Assembly (NCBI RefSeq): GCF_018350175.1
Contig: NC_058369.1
Span: forward strand, 17,176,001-17,240,000
Reading direction: 5' to 3'
Source: Felis catus
Lineage: Eukaryota
Length of the DNA stretch: 64,000 nucleotides
Shown here: positions 51,156 through 64,000 of the stretch, piece by piece
Layout: every line of letters begins with the position of its first letter
Position numbering within the stretch: position 1 is the stretch's first letter
Notes under the pieces: model-generated
What the model was told of the DNA's origin: nothing
The model's database searches: none
The model's input: the letters and a program-made list of their open reading frames with translations, nothing else
Translations under genes and position numbers: made by a program

Positions 51156-51819
51156 AAAGACTGTTATATTTGTTCCTTTGACATAGAAACATCTTGTTTT
51201 AACTCAATTTTACTGAGATCTGCTTGAGAAAATTACACTATTGTTAATTTCATTAAACTTTTAAAATTACAATATTTATGGTAAAATATTTTATGGTTTT
51301 TTTTTTTAAGATTTTATTTTTGAGTAATCTCTACACCCATCATGGGGCTTGAACTCATAAGCCCAGGATCAAGAGTTGCATGCTTTTCAGATTGAGCCAG
51401 CCAGGCACCCCTAAAATACTTTTACCACAAGGTTTAGTTAATTAGATATATTTTATTTATTTTTATTTATTTTTATTTTTCTAAGTAGATTTCGTGTCCA
51501 TCATGGAGACCAATGCAGGGATTCAACTCATGACCCGAGTTGAGATCAAGACCCGAGCTTAACCAACTGAGCCACCAAGGTGCCTCTAGATATATTTTTA
51601 TCTACACCTTTGTGTCACACATTTAAACTCATCCAATTTATAGAAAATTTTGGGGCACCTGACTGGCTCAGTCAGTAGAGCATGAGACTCTTGATCTCAG
51701 GGTTGTAAATCTGAGCCTCATTTTGGGTGTAGAGATTACTCAAAAATAAACTCTTTGAAAAAATAAATTAAAAAAATTAAATTATCCATTTTCATAAGTT
51801 ATAAAAACAATATACTGAT

Positions 51820-54230
51820 AGACCAGTAATCAAAAACCTCCCAACACAGAAAAGCCCTGGGCCTAATGGTGAATTCTAGCAAAATTTAGAGAAGAATTAA
51901 TACCAACGCTTCTCAAGCTTTTTCAAAAAATTGGGCCAGAAGGAACACTTCCAAACTCATGAGTCCAACATTACCCTGATACCAGAGTCAGACAGAGACA
52001 CTATAAGAAAATAAAATGACAGACTAATATCACTTATAAACTTTGATGTAAAACATAACAAAATACTAGCAAACCAATATACCATAACCAAGTGGGATTT
52101 ATTCCTAGAACATAACAATGTTTCAACATACAGAAATCAATGAACATATATACTAAATTAACAGGATAATAGGGAAAACACACATGATCATCAACTGATG
52201 TAGAAAAAGGATTTGAAAAAATTGAACACTTTTCTGTGATAAGAATACTCAATAAAGTAGGGATAGAAGAAAACTACCCCAGCATTATAAAAGCCATATA
52301 AGAGGGGTGCCTTGGTGGCGTAATCAGTTGAGTGTCTGACTCTTGATATTGGCTCAGGTAGTGATCTCATGGTCATGGAATCAAGCCCTCTGAGCTGAGC
52401 ATGAAGCCTGCGTGGGATTCTCTTTCTCTGCCCCTCCCTTACTTTGCACGTGCTCTCTCTCTCTCAAAACAAATAAACTTAAGAAAGATTTTTTAGGGGC
52501 ATCTGGGTGGCTCAGTCAGTTAAGTGCTGACTTCGGCTCAGGTCATGATCTTGTGGTTTATAAGTTCGAATCCTGTGTTGGGCTCTGTGCTAACAGCTCA
52601 GAGTCTCCTTCAGATTCTGTGTCTCCTTCTCTCTTTGACCCTCCCCCACTTGTGCTCTGTCTCTCTCTCTCTCTCTTTCTCAAAAATAAATAAACATTAA
52701 AAATTTAAAAAAACATATTTTTTAAGCCATATAAGAAAAAGTGAACATCATACTCAATAGTGAAGGACTAAAAGCTTTTCCTCTAAGATCAAGAATAAGG
52801 CAGGGATGCCTGCTTTCACCACTTCTGTTCTACACAGTACTAGAGATTCTAGTCAGAGCAATTAGGCAAGAAAAAGAAATAAAAATCATCCAGATTGGAA
52901 AGGAAGAAGTAAATTGTCTCTGTTTGCAATGATATGATCTCATATGTAGAAAGCCCTGAAGATTCCCCCCCAAAACTGTTATAATAACAATGATTTTGGC
53001 AAAGTGGCAGGGTATAAAGTCAACACACAAAAGTCAGTTGCATTTCTGTATACTAACAATGAACAATCTGAAAAGGAAATTACCATTCCACTTAACAATA
53101 GCATCAAAAAGAATACTTAGGAATTAACCAAGGAAGAGAAAGAATTTTCCGATGAAAACCATAAATATTGCTGAAAGAAATTAAAGGAGACATAAATACA
53201 TGGAAACACATCCCTTGTTCATGGATTGGAAGAATTAATTTTTTTAATGTTTTATTTATTTATTTGGAGGGAGAGAGAGAGCATGAGCAGGGGAGGAGGA
53301 GAGAGAGAGAGATTCCCAAGCAGTCTCTGCACTGTTAGCACACAGTCTGATGCAGGCTCAATCCTACAAACTGTGAGATCATGACCTGAGCTGAAATCAA
53401 GAGTTGGACGCTTAACTAAGTGAGTCACACAGGCGCCCCTTGATATTGTTAAAATGTCAATACTACCCAAAGCAATCTATAGATCCAACACAATCCCTAT
53501 TAAAGTCCCAAAGATGATTTTTGCAGAAGTAGAAAAACCCATCCCAAAATTCATGTAGAACCTCAAACTCCCAAATAGCCAAAACAGTGTTGAAAAACAG
53601 TAACAAAGCTGGAGAACTCACATTTTCTAACTTCAAAACAGTGTGGTACTGGCATAAAGACAACATATAGATCATGGAAAGAATAGAGCACCTAGAAATA
53701 AAGTCTTGCATATATGGCGAAGTGATTTTTGACAAGAGTGCCAAAACTATTCAATGAGGAGAGGATAGTCTTTTGAACAAACAATGCTGGTTAAACTAGC
53801 TAGCTTCACGCAAAAGAATGAACTTATCTCACACTATATACAAACTAACCAAAAATGATCAAAGACTTCAATGTAGGAGAGAAAACTATACAATTCTTAG
53901 AAGAAGACACAGGGAAAAAGCTTCATGACATTGGACTTGACAATGATTTGCTGGATATGACATCCAAAAGCAAAGGCAACAAGACAAAAGTTAGACAAAT
54001 AGGACATATGCTGCAACATGAATGAACCTTGAGGATATTACAGTAAGTGAAATAAGCCTATCACACCCATCCACCCCACCCACCCCCCACACATCATACA
54101 CAAGTACTGTATGAGTCCATTTATATGAGGTACATAGACTAGTCAAAAATCATAGATAGTAGATGATGATTGTCAGGGGCTCGAGAAGGGGAAATGGGGA
54201 GTTATTGTTTAATGAGCTGGAGTCTCAAAG
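51820..54230 (+). mobile_element. Second old L1 ORF2 plus 3' end (L1MB-like), fragmented
   Basis: [31 protein letters not shown] motif at 52741 and other degenerate ORF2 segments. Confidence 0.85.
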
Positions 54231-56862
54231 GATGAGAGAGAGAACAGAGGCAATAACTGAATAATGATGGAGAATTACCCAAAATGATTACAGATATTCA
54301 TAGAGTCAAGAAGCATAACAAATCCCAAGTGTGACTAGTAGAAGTTCTCATTTAGGGGCTCCTGAGTGGCTCAGTTGGTTAAGCAGTGGACTCGGCTCAG
54401 GTCATGATATCATGGTTCTTGGGTTCGAGCCCCGTGTTGGACTCTGTATTGACAGCTCAGAGTCTGGAGACTGCTTTGGATTCTGTGTCTCCCTCTCTCT
54501 CTACAACTCCCCCACTCACACTCTGTCTCTGTCTCTCAAAATTGAATATACGTTAAAAAAAATTTTTTTAAGAAATTCTCATTTAGACTCATTTTAGTAA
54601 AATTGCAGAAATTCTAAAAGATAGGTATCAGACCAAGATGATCCCTGATTTGCAAAAAAAATGAAGAGAAAAATAAGTGGTAGTGAGTAACTCTCAATAT
54701 TAATGTTGTAAAACAAGAAAGATGTCTTGTGGGATTTTAAGATTTTATGTTTTAAGTCATGTCTTAAGTCTGTGTAGAGGACAGCCTCTACACAGAGAGG
54801 AAGTCTGACATGGGGTGTCAGAGCCTCAGGGCTATTAAAAAAATCTTTTTAAATTTATTTTTGAGAGAGAGATAGAGTGCAAGTGGGGGAGGGGCAGAGA
54901 GAGAAGGAAACACAGAATCTGAAGCAGGCTCCAGGCTCTGAGCTGTCAGCACAGAGCCCGGATGTGGGGCTAGCACCCACAGACTGCAAAATCACAACCA
55001 GAGCCAAAGTCGGCGCTTAACCAACGGAGCCACCCAGGTGCCCCAACTTACTTTCTTTTTTTCAACTAAGTTTTATTTATTTTGACATAGAGAACACACG
55101 TGCATGCCTGTGCACAGGTGGCGGGGGGAGGGGCAGGGAGGGAGGGAGCGAGAGAGAATCCCAAGCAGGCTCCACACTGTCAGCGCAGGGCCTGATGCAG
55201 GGCTTGTACTTACAAAGCATGATGAGATCATGACCTGAGTGGAAGTCAAATGCTTAATCAACTGAGCCACGCAGGTGCTCTGCAACTTACTTTTAAAACA
55301 GAAAGAGAATATAAATTTTTTTTTTAACGTTTATTTATCATTAAGAGACAGAGACACAGCATGAGCATGGGAGGGGCAGAGAGAGGAGACACAGAATCTG
55401 AATCAGGCTCCAGGCTCTGAGCTGTCAGCACAGAGCCCGATCCGGGGCTCGAATCCACAAACCACGAGATCATGACCTGAGTCAAAGTTGGACGCCTAAC
55501 CGACTGAACCACCCAGGTGCCCCAAAACAGAAAGAGAATATAAAGGAAATATGGTAACGTCAACAATAGGGGTCTTTGGTAAAAGGTACAAAGGAGTTTT
55601 TTGCAATATTTTTTAAACTTTTCTATTGGTGAAATTCAAAATATAAAAAAATACACTTAGATATAGCTGACACTATAGTCCAAAACTTATGACAAATTTT
55701 TGATATCACAGTAGGGACAGTAACTTTATAAAGATCAAACCAGGTTTAATAATTTGTTCATGTGCTGACTGAAGTAATGGCTCCCAGGCCACTTCTAGTC
55801 TCCTTCTCTGAGCCTACATGGACTGGGAATCAAATAAAAACACAGAAGAGGGGCGCCTGGGTGTCTCAGTTTGTTGAGCATCCAACTTCGACTCAGGTCA
55901 TGATCTCACAGTTTATGAGTTCGAACCCAGCATCGGGCACTCTGCTGTCAGAGTGCAGCCCACTTTGGTTCCTCTGTCCCTCATTCTCTCTGCCCCTCTC
56001 CTGCTTACTCTCTCTGTCTCTCTCAGAATAAATAAATGAACTTTGAAGAAATAAAACCACCAAAGACACAAATATTCAAACATAAAACATAAAGTACAAT
56101 ACCATCATAAGGATACTGATGACATCACTTCTACATCCCCCTGAGTTTTACTTGGAATAAACTGTGGAAGACACATCTCAGTCAGACTCCCAGAACACAA
56201 AGAAACCAAAGTATTTAAAAAGCAGGGTAAAGACTACCCTGGAAAAGTTTCCTGTACCTGATGGAACTTTAGGGTACAGTTTGGGTGAAAATGAAATTCA
56301 GTAAATAACAATTTTTTGAAAATTTTGCTGGAGTTACAGAAATGCATATAAATTGTAAATGTAGGGCTTGACAGATTATGACAAAGTGGACATGTTTGTG
56401 TAATCACCGCCCAGCTCATGAAGTGGAACCTTGGAATGAGCCCAGAAGCTTCTCTCCATGCCTTCCCCAATCACTACCGCTTCTTAATTTCAGAGATTAC
56501 CATTCTCTTGACTTCCTGCACCAGATGTTAGTTTTACCACTTTGATAATACTTTAAATTGCTCAGGATTTTTAAAACTGAATCTTACTTTTAAAATTAGA
56601 CTTTTGGGGAGCCTGGGTGGCTCAGTCGGTTGGGCGTCTGACTTCAGCTCAGGTCATGATCTCACGGTTTGTGGGTTCAAGCCCCACATGGGGCTCTGTG
56701 CTGACAGCTCAGAACCTGGAGCCTGCTTCAGATTCTGGGTCTCCTTCTCTCTCTGCCCCTCCCCCACTTGTGCTCTGTCTCTCAAAAATAAATGAATGTA
56801 AAAAAAAATAAAAAATTAAAATAATAAATAAATAAATAAATAAAATAAATTTAGACTTTTTT

Positions 56863-56864
56863 CT

Positions 56865-56908
<44 letters not shown>

Positions 56909-56910
56909 TC
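56863..56910. repeat. (TTTC)n microsatellite
   Basis: Direct reading. Confidence 0.95.
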
Positions 56911-59900
56911 ACATACAAATAATTCATACCCAAGGCAGAAATTCTGAGAGTTCACTACTGATTTTAAAACTTTAACAAATGGAACAGTTCATTTCTGGAA
57001 AAGGCATATACCAAAAAGTGAATTTTACAGCTCAACCTCAAAAGTTCTATCAGTTGCCTGGGGTGCGTGGCTGGCTCCATCAGTAGAGCATGTGACACAC
57101 GATCTCGGAGTCATGAGTTCAATCCCCATATGGGGTGTAGAAATTACTTAAAAAAAAAATAAACCTTGGGGCGCCTGGGTGGCACAGTCGGTTAAGCGTC
57201 CGACTTCAGCCAGGTCACAATCTCGCGGTCCGTGAGTTCGAGCCCCGCGTCAGGCTCTGGGCTGATGGCTCAGAGCCTGGAGCCTGTTTCCGATTCTGTG
57301 TCTCCCTCTCTCTCCGCCCCTCCCCCGTTTATGCTCTGTCTCTCTCTGTCCCCCAAAAAATAAATAAACGTTGAAAAAAAATTTTTTTTAAATAAAAAAA
57401 AAATAAAAAAAATAAACCTTAAAAAAAATAAAGGTTATATTTGTTAGTAGTTAAACCTGAAAGAAAAGATTCTACTAGCCAATTCATGCTGATTCCATAA
57501 AGGTATTAGACATCAATGATGGGCTGTAATAATGTCTTTGTATAACACAATGAAATTACGTTCCCACATGACGGCATCAAATAAATGAAGTTAAAAGGAG
57601 CCATTGTCTACTTAAACACAAGTTAAACATAATTACTGGTTTTAGACTCAGCACAAGTAACCAAATATTAATTTCAGTCAGGGACTCTTGACTAGTTGCC
57701 ACTGACACTAGAATTAATGTAGTAAAGGTAAAAGTAAAGATGAAAATAGCAAAACTGGACAAGTAGTCAGAGAAGAAGGGTGCTCCCTTTATGAATCCCT
57801 GTTCATGTTCTGCATCTTCTAGCAGGACTTAAAACTAAGTCCAATGAGCTTTTGATAAAACAAAAAGATGGAAGTGAGAAAAAGAATCCTATCTGGTAAT
57901 ACACCTCCCAGAGAGCGAACAAGTCGTATGATTTTCCCAAGGTAACCATTAGTCAGAAAGATAACAGCCTTTCAGCAACAATAAAGGCCATTAACTTGTA
58001 TAAATCTAGTTGTCCTTAGATTCTATGAAGGTTCTCTAGCTGCCTATGTCCTGTGTGAATCCTTGTAGCTAAAGAAGCTATATTCACAAAACATATAACT
58101 AATTCCCATCAATTAAAAAGTGCAATCCATAAAAAAAGCTGGCTTGGGTGTCTGCTAGATCTACTAGGCAGTTAAATACATTCTTGGCAACTATTTTGAG
58201 TAGCTGAAATTCTAAGTGCTGTGAAACTGTTTTTTTCAAATTTGGAAATGATCCTTAGATGAAAGATTATATGTCAGCTCTAAAAGAAACGCATTTCTGA
58301 TTCCTGAGAATCTGACAGAGGTATGACAAATCTTATAGTGAAAAAATTCAGTAATGAATGCTGCTGACCTCTAGTGCTTAATAGAAGAATTACATTTCCC
58401 ACTCAAAACACCCAAACAGTACTGGTACCAAAAAACCACTGGTGTTCTCTGGTGTGAGGACAATAATCAGGCAAGTTTAAACCTTTTACACTGATCACAA
58501 ACATTGGTATGATTTGATGTATTACTATCATCTTTTGGGTTTTTTTTTTAGTTTATTTATTATTTTGAGAGAGAGAGAGCCAGAACAAGCCGGGGGGGGG
58601 GGGGGGGGGGTGGGGGCAGGGGAGGATCTGAAGCAGGCTCCATGCCTAGAGCAGAGAGCCCAATGCTGGGCTCGAACTCACAAACTATGACATCATGACC
58701 TGAGCCAAAGTCGGATGCTTAACTGACTGAGCCAGCCAGGTGCCCGATGTATTGCTATCATCTTTTTTTTTTTTTCTTAACGTTTATTTGTTATTGAGAG
58801 ACAGAACTTGAGCAGAGGAGGGGCAGAGACATAGGGAGACGCAGAATCCGAAGCAGCTCCAGGCTCTGAGCTGTCAGCACAGAGCCTGATGCGGGGCTCG
58901 AACTCACAAACCGTGAGATCATGACCTGAGCTGAAGTTGGTCGCTTAACCGACTGAGCCACTCAGGCGCCCATGCTATCATCTTATATGTTGTTTTGTGC
59001 ACTGTTTACCTCATTCTTCTTCTATTTTTTTCATTCTCCTGCCTTCTGTTCAATTAATATTTTTTCTTTATCTTCCTTGACTGGATCAGAAGCTATAAAT
59101 TATATTTCTAGGGGCACCTGGCTGGCTCAGTCAGTAGAGCATGAGATTCTTGATCTTGGGGTTATGAGTCTGAGTCCCACATTGGGTGTAGAGGCTACTT
59201 AAAAATAAAATCTTAGGGGTGCCTGGGTGGCTCAGTCGGTTAAGCGTCTGACTTCGGCTCAGGTCATGATCTCACGGTTCGGAAGTTCGAGCCCCGCGTC
59301 GGTCTCTGTGCTGACAGCTCGGAGCCTGGAGCCTGTTTCGGATTCTGTGCCTCCCTCTCTCTGACCCTCCCCCGTTCGTGCTCTGTCTCTCTCTGTCTCA
59401 AAGATAAATAAACGTTAAAAAAAAATTAAAAATAAAATCTTAAAAGAAAAAAACCCTTTTTTTTAAAAGCTTGTTTACTCTGAGAGAGACAGAGAGTGAG
59501 GGGCAGAGAGAGAAAGGGAGAGAGAGAATTCCAAGCAGACTCCACGCTGTCAGTGTGGAGCCTTATGTGGACTCAAACCCACAAACCATGCGATCATGAC
59601 CTGAGCTGAAACCAAGAGTTGGACACTTAACTGAGTCACCCAGGAACCCCTATTTTTATTTTTTTTAATGTTTATTTATTTTTGAGAGAGAGAGAAAAAA
59701 AAAAAGTACAAGCGGGGCAGGGGCAGAGAAAGAGGGAGACACAGGATCCGAAGCAGGCTCCAGGCTCTGAACTGTCAGCACAGAGCCCGACATGGGGCTT
59801 GAACTCACAAACTGTGAGATCATGACCTTAGCCAAAGTCATGATCTCACTTGAGCTGGATGCTTAACCAGTTGAGCTACCCAGGCGTCCCTACCAATTTA

Positions 59901-61428
59901 TTTTTCTAATATTAGTTCTCGTCATTGTTTATTGTATCCCATTGGGTTATCTTTTCTTCTGTAAAGTACATTCTCTAGTTTCTTCTTTCAGTAAGGGTCA
60001 CTGGCTGAGATCATCTCTTACTCATTATGAAACTGAAAATCTATCACTTCCTCATCCTACAAAGAGTTTAGCTGGATATAGAATTCTAAGTTGACAGTTA
60101 TTTCTTAGCAAATTGTAGATTACTCCACTGTCTTATTATTGTGAAGAATGTTGTTAAATTGCTTTCCACTGTGGTTTTGTGCCTTTTCTCTTTAGTAGCT
60201 TGTAAGATTTCTTTATCTTTAATATCTGTAGTTTCATTGCACTGGGTCTAGGTGATTATTTTTATTTATCTTGCATGCCATTCAGTGTGCACATTTGTTC
60301 TAAGGGTATGCATCTTCAATTCTGGAACATTTCCAAACGTCATGTTAAATGCAGGATTACTTCTCTGCAGTCCCTCTAGTGTAATCTTTTGCAACTTATA
60401 CACTTATATTAAAGCCCTTCAATCTAGTCTTTTTTTATAAGTTTACTTATTTTGAGAGAGAGAGCATGAGTGAGCAGGGGAGAGTCAGAGAGAGAGGGAA
60501 AGAGAGGATCACAAGCAGGCTCTGTGCTGTCAGCGCAGAGCCTGACTTGGGACTTGAACTCACGAACCATGAGATCATGAACTGAGCTGAAATCAAGAAT
60601 TGGACACTTAACTGACTGGGCCACCCAGGCACTCCTAGTCTTCATGTTTTTTAATTGTTCTGTTTTGTTTTTCTCTTAGTAATAAACTATGCACTCAGAA
60701 TACAACATAACTTTCCAACTCACTAAACCTCTTTCCACTAAGACCTATCTGGAGTTCATGACATCTGTGTTTATTCAACAATTGCATTTTTAATTTCTAG
60801 GATTTCCATTTGGTTCTTTAAATATTTACCTGTCAACTTTTCATTCTTGGTAATTTTTATTTCATAATTTCTTATTCTTTTAAAACAGATATCCTTCCTT
60901 TATATCTTTGGATACTCTAAAATATGTATTTTCAAGTTATTAGGTTACTCCATCATCATTTTATTTTTAATTTTTTTAAATGTTTACTTATTTTTGAGAG
61001 ATAGAGTGAGGGTGGGTGAGGGGCAGAGACAGAGGGAGACACAGAATCTGAAGCAGGCTCCAGGCTCCCAACTGTCAGCACAGAGCCCAACATGGGGCCC
61101 AAACCCACCAGCCGTGAGATCATGACCCGAGCTGAAGTCAGATGCTCAAATGACTGAGCCACCCAGGCGCTCCTGATTTTATTTTTAAAACAGGATTTTT
61201 AAAATGTTTTTTTTTTATTTTTGAGAGAGAGACAGAGACAGAGACAGAATGCGAGTGGGGAAGGAGCAGAGACAGAGAGATACAGGATCCAAAGCAGTCT
61301 CCAGGCTCTGAGCTGTCAGCACAGAGCCTGACACGGGGCTCAAACTCACGAACCACAAGATCATGACCTGAGCCGAAGTTGGACACTTAACCGAGTGAGC
61401 CACGCAGGTGCCCCCTAAATGTTTTATT

Positions 61429-61468
<40 letters not shown>

Positions 61469-62278
61469 AAAACGAGTGAGCCAGGCAGGGACAGAGAGAG
61501 GGAGACACAGAATCTGAAGCAGCCTCCAGTCTCTGAGATGTTGGCACAGAGCCCAATGCGGGGCTCAAACTCACTAACCAAACCTTGAGATCATGACCTG
61601 AGCTGAAGTTGGTTGCTTAACCTACTAAGCCACGGAGGCGCCCCCTCCATTATTTTCATTTTAATTACAGTGAATTCATCTCTTAATGTTGTTTTTGTTG
61701 GTTTTTTCTTTTGGATAGGTTTTCTTGTATGTTTGGAAGCTTGATTTATAAACAACTCATAAATGGGAATTTTTCCCTTACACATGTATCTCCTTCCCTG
61801 ATGGTTTTGTGATAATCTCTACTCAATCCTCCAGGAACCCCAACCAGAAACAAGCCTTACATTAGTAACTTGAGACTCCGTTTCCACTGTAAAATTTGGG
61901 AGACAGGAGATCTACACATCCAGTGAGAGGGTAGGTGGATTTAGGTTTGGACTCAAGGTTGTGTCTACTTCCTAGGTATACAATTCATGTAAGCTACATT
62001 TTAGGCATAGATGGATTTTTTTCTAGTCTCTATTAAATTCAGGGAACCCCACCTAAATTCCTAAATGCATGCAGTAATCCTGGGCCCAGTTATCCACATC
62101 ACATGGGGCACTTGTCCCTACCCACTCAATCACATTACCTTATAGGTTATAAACTTCAAATTGCCTCTATTTCTAGATCCATATAATCCAAGATTACAAC
62201 TCTGTTTCTGGCCAACATAAAATTTTGTCTTGCTTTTTAATATGGATATGTAATTTATTTATTTAAAAGTTTATTTGA

Positions 62279-62908
62279 TGGGAATGCAAGCTGGTGCAGC
62301 CACTCTGGAAAACAGTATGGAGGTTCCTCAAAAAACTAAAAATAGAACTACCCTACGACCCAGCAATTGCACTACTAGGCATTCATCCAAGGGATACAGA
62401 TGTGCTGTTTCGAAGGGACACATGCACCCCCATGTTTATAGCAGCACTAGCAACAATAGCCAAAGTATGGAAAGAGCCCAAATGTCCATCGATGGATGAA
62501 CCGATAAAGATGTGGTATGTATATACAATGTATATACTCAGCAATCAAAAAGAATGAAATCTTGCCATTTGCAACTACGTGGATGGAACTGAAGGGTATT
62601 ATGCTGAGTGAAATTCGTCAGAAAAAGACAAAAATCATATGACTTCACTCATATGAGGACTTTAAGAGACAAAACAGATGAACATAAAGGAAGGGAAACA
62701 AAAATAATATAAAAACAGGGAGGGGGACAAAACAGAAGAGACTCATGAATATGGAGAACAAACTGAGGGTTACTGGAGGGGTTGTGGGAGGGGGGATGGG
62801 ATAAATGGGTAAGGGGCACTAAGGAATCTACTCCCGAAATCATTGTTGCACTATATGCTAACTAATTTGGATGTAAATTAAAAAAAAAAAAATAAAACAA
62901 CTTAAAAA
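62279..62908 (+). mobile_element. 5'-truncated felid L1 3' end inserted into a SINE tail
   Basis: [28 protein letters not shown] motif. TSD aaaagtttatttga / aaaagtttatctga. Confidence 0.9.
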
Positions 62909-64000
62909 AAAAGTTTATCTGAGAGAGTGAGCGAGCCAGAGAGAGCATGCATATGCAAGTGTAGGGAGGGCAGAGAGGAAGAGTGAGAATCCCAAGCAGG
63001 CTCAGTGCTGTCAGCTTGGAGCCCCACGCAGGGCTCAAACCTACAAACTGTGAGACCATGATCTGAGTGGAAATCAAGAGTCCGATGTTTAACCAACTGA
63101 ACCACCCAGGCAACCCCGGATATGTAATATTAATCTTTTATTAATTTTACCATGTGTTTGAGACAAAGGGAGTGGCACCAAAGTGTGTACAAGGCTACCT
63201 TGACCAGAAGCCCAGTTTCATTCACATTTTTTTTTTAATTTTTTTTTTCAACGTTTTTATTTATTTTTGGGACAGAGAGAGACAGAGCATGAACGGGGGA
63301 GGGTCAGAGAGAGAGGGAGACACAGAATCGGAAACAGGCTCCAGGCTCCGAGCCATCAGCCCAGAGCCTGACGCGGGGCTCGAACTCACGGACCGCGAGA
63401 TCGTGACCTGGCTGAAGTCGGACGCTTAACCGACTGCGCCACCCAGGCGCCCCACATTCACATTTTTTAAAAAGACTGTATGTTGGCACTTTCGCAGTAC
63501 CCCATGGTTAACAGTGATAGCTAAAAGGAAGCCTGGGAGCTATACATTCTCTTTCCAGTTTTACCAAAAAATATTTTCTAGATTGAAATGAATAACTGAT
63601 TTGTGCAATTTGGCCAATGACACTAGCTAGAGTTTTCTTCTGAAATAACTGATTTAGGGGCATCTGGCTGGCTCAGTCAGTGAAGCGTGCAACTCTTGAT
63701 CTCAGGGTTGTGGGTTCGAGCCCCAAGTTGGGTGAAGAGATTGCTTAAAAATAAAGTATTTAGGGGCACCTGGGTGGCCCAGTTGGTTAAGCGTCTGACT
63801 CTTGGTTTCGGCTCAGGTCATGATCTCATGGTTTGTAAGTTCAATCCCCACGTCGGGCTCTGTGGTGGCAGCATGGAGCCTGCTTGGAATTCTTTCACTC
63901 CCTCTCTCTCTGCCATTCCCCTGTGCGTGCATGCACGTGCACTCTCTCTCAAAATAAATAAACATTAAAAACATAATTGATTTATAACAGTGTGCATAAT

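Larger units (their letters stand above)
1..64000. mobile_element. About 110 dispersed CanSINE (SINEC, tRNA-derived) copies on both strands
   Basis: Recurrent GGGGCGCCTGGGTGGCTCAGTCGGTTAAGC...GTTCGAGCCCC...(CT)n-AAAAATAAA(A)n, many with target-site duplications. Count is manual and approximate. Confidence 0.95.

Noticed and set aside
659..63968. Dozens of similar 60-90 aa ORFs (MAQSVKRLTSAQVMIS...)
   Set aside because: Recurrent translation of CanSINE bodies, not a gene family.
41000..64000. Neighbouring gene DHX30 expected from human synteny
   Set aside because: No second CpG island or recognisable DHX30 coding exon in the window.
1..64000. CRISPR array, tRNA/rRNA genes, intact retroelement ORFs
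   Set aside because: No repeat-spacer array. The tRNA-like A/B boxes belong to SINE heads, and all L1 ORFs are truncated or disrupted.

Overview
Mammalian genomic DNA, almost certainly felid (cat family), because it is full of SINEC_Fc-type CanSINEs. The only protein-coding gene I can support is the 5' part of SMARCC1 (BAF155, SWI/SNF core subunit) on the minus strand. Coding exons 1-5 lie at 40026-40220, 28733-28852, 12640-12725, 3362-3443 and 2145-2237, all with GT-AG boundaries, and splice in frame to 192 codons; the gene continues beyond position 1. A TATA-less CpG-island promoter lies at about 39780-40910. The rest is introns and about 23 kb of upstream intergenic DNA, dominated by about 110 CanSINEs (manual count), L1 fragments, L2/MIR, MER58/MER5 hAT elements, a Tigger and an MLT1 LTR. 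Most listed ORFs are repeat or GC-content artefacts. I see no convincing wholly new biological system. The best leads are: several well-formed cryptic exons in SMARCC1 introns 1 and 3 that would all cause premature stops (possible AS-NMD dosage control); a perfect (CG)8 tract in the 5'UTR; phase-symmetric exon blocks flanked by inverted SINEs (circRNAs with stop-free rolling ORFs); two independent L1 copies starting at the same nucleotide; a short L1 3' transduction; a SINE whose 3' half is quadruplicated; and snap-back inverted insertions. Repeat family names were assigned by eye and need RepeatMasker confirmation.
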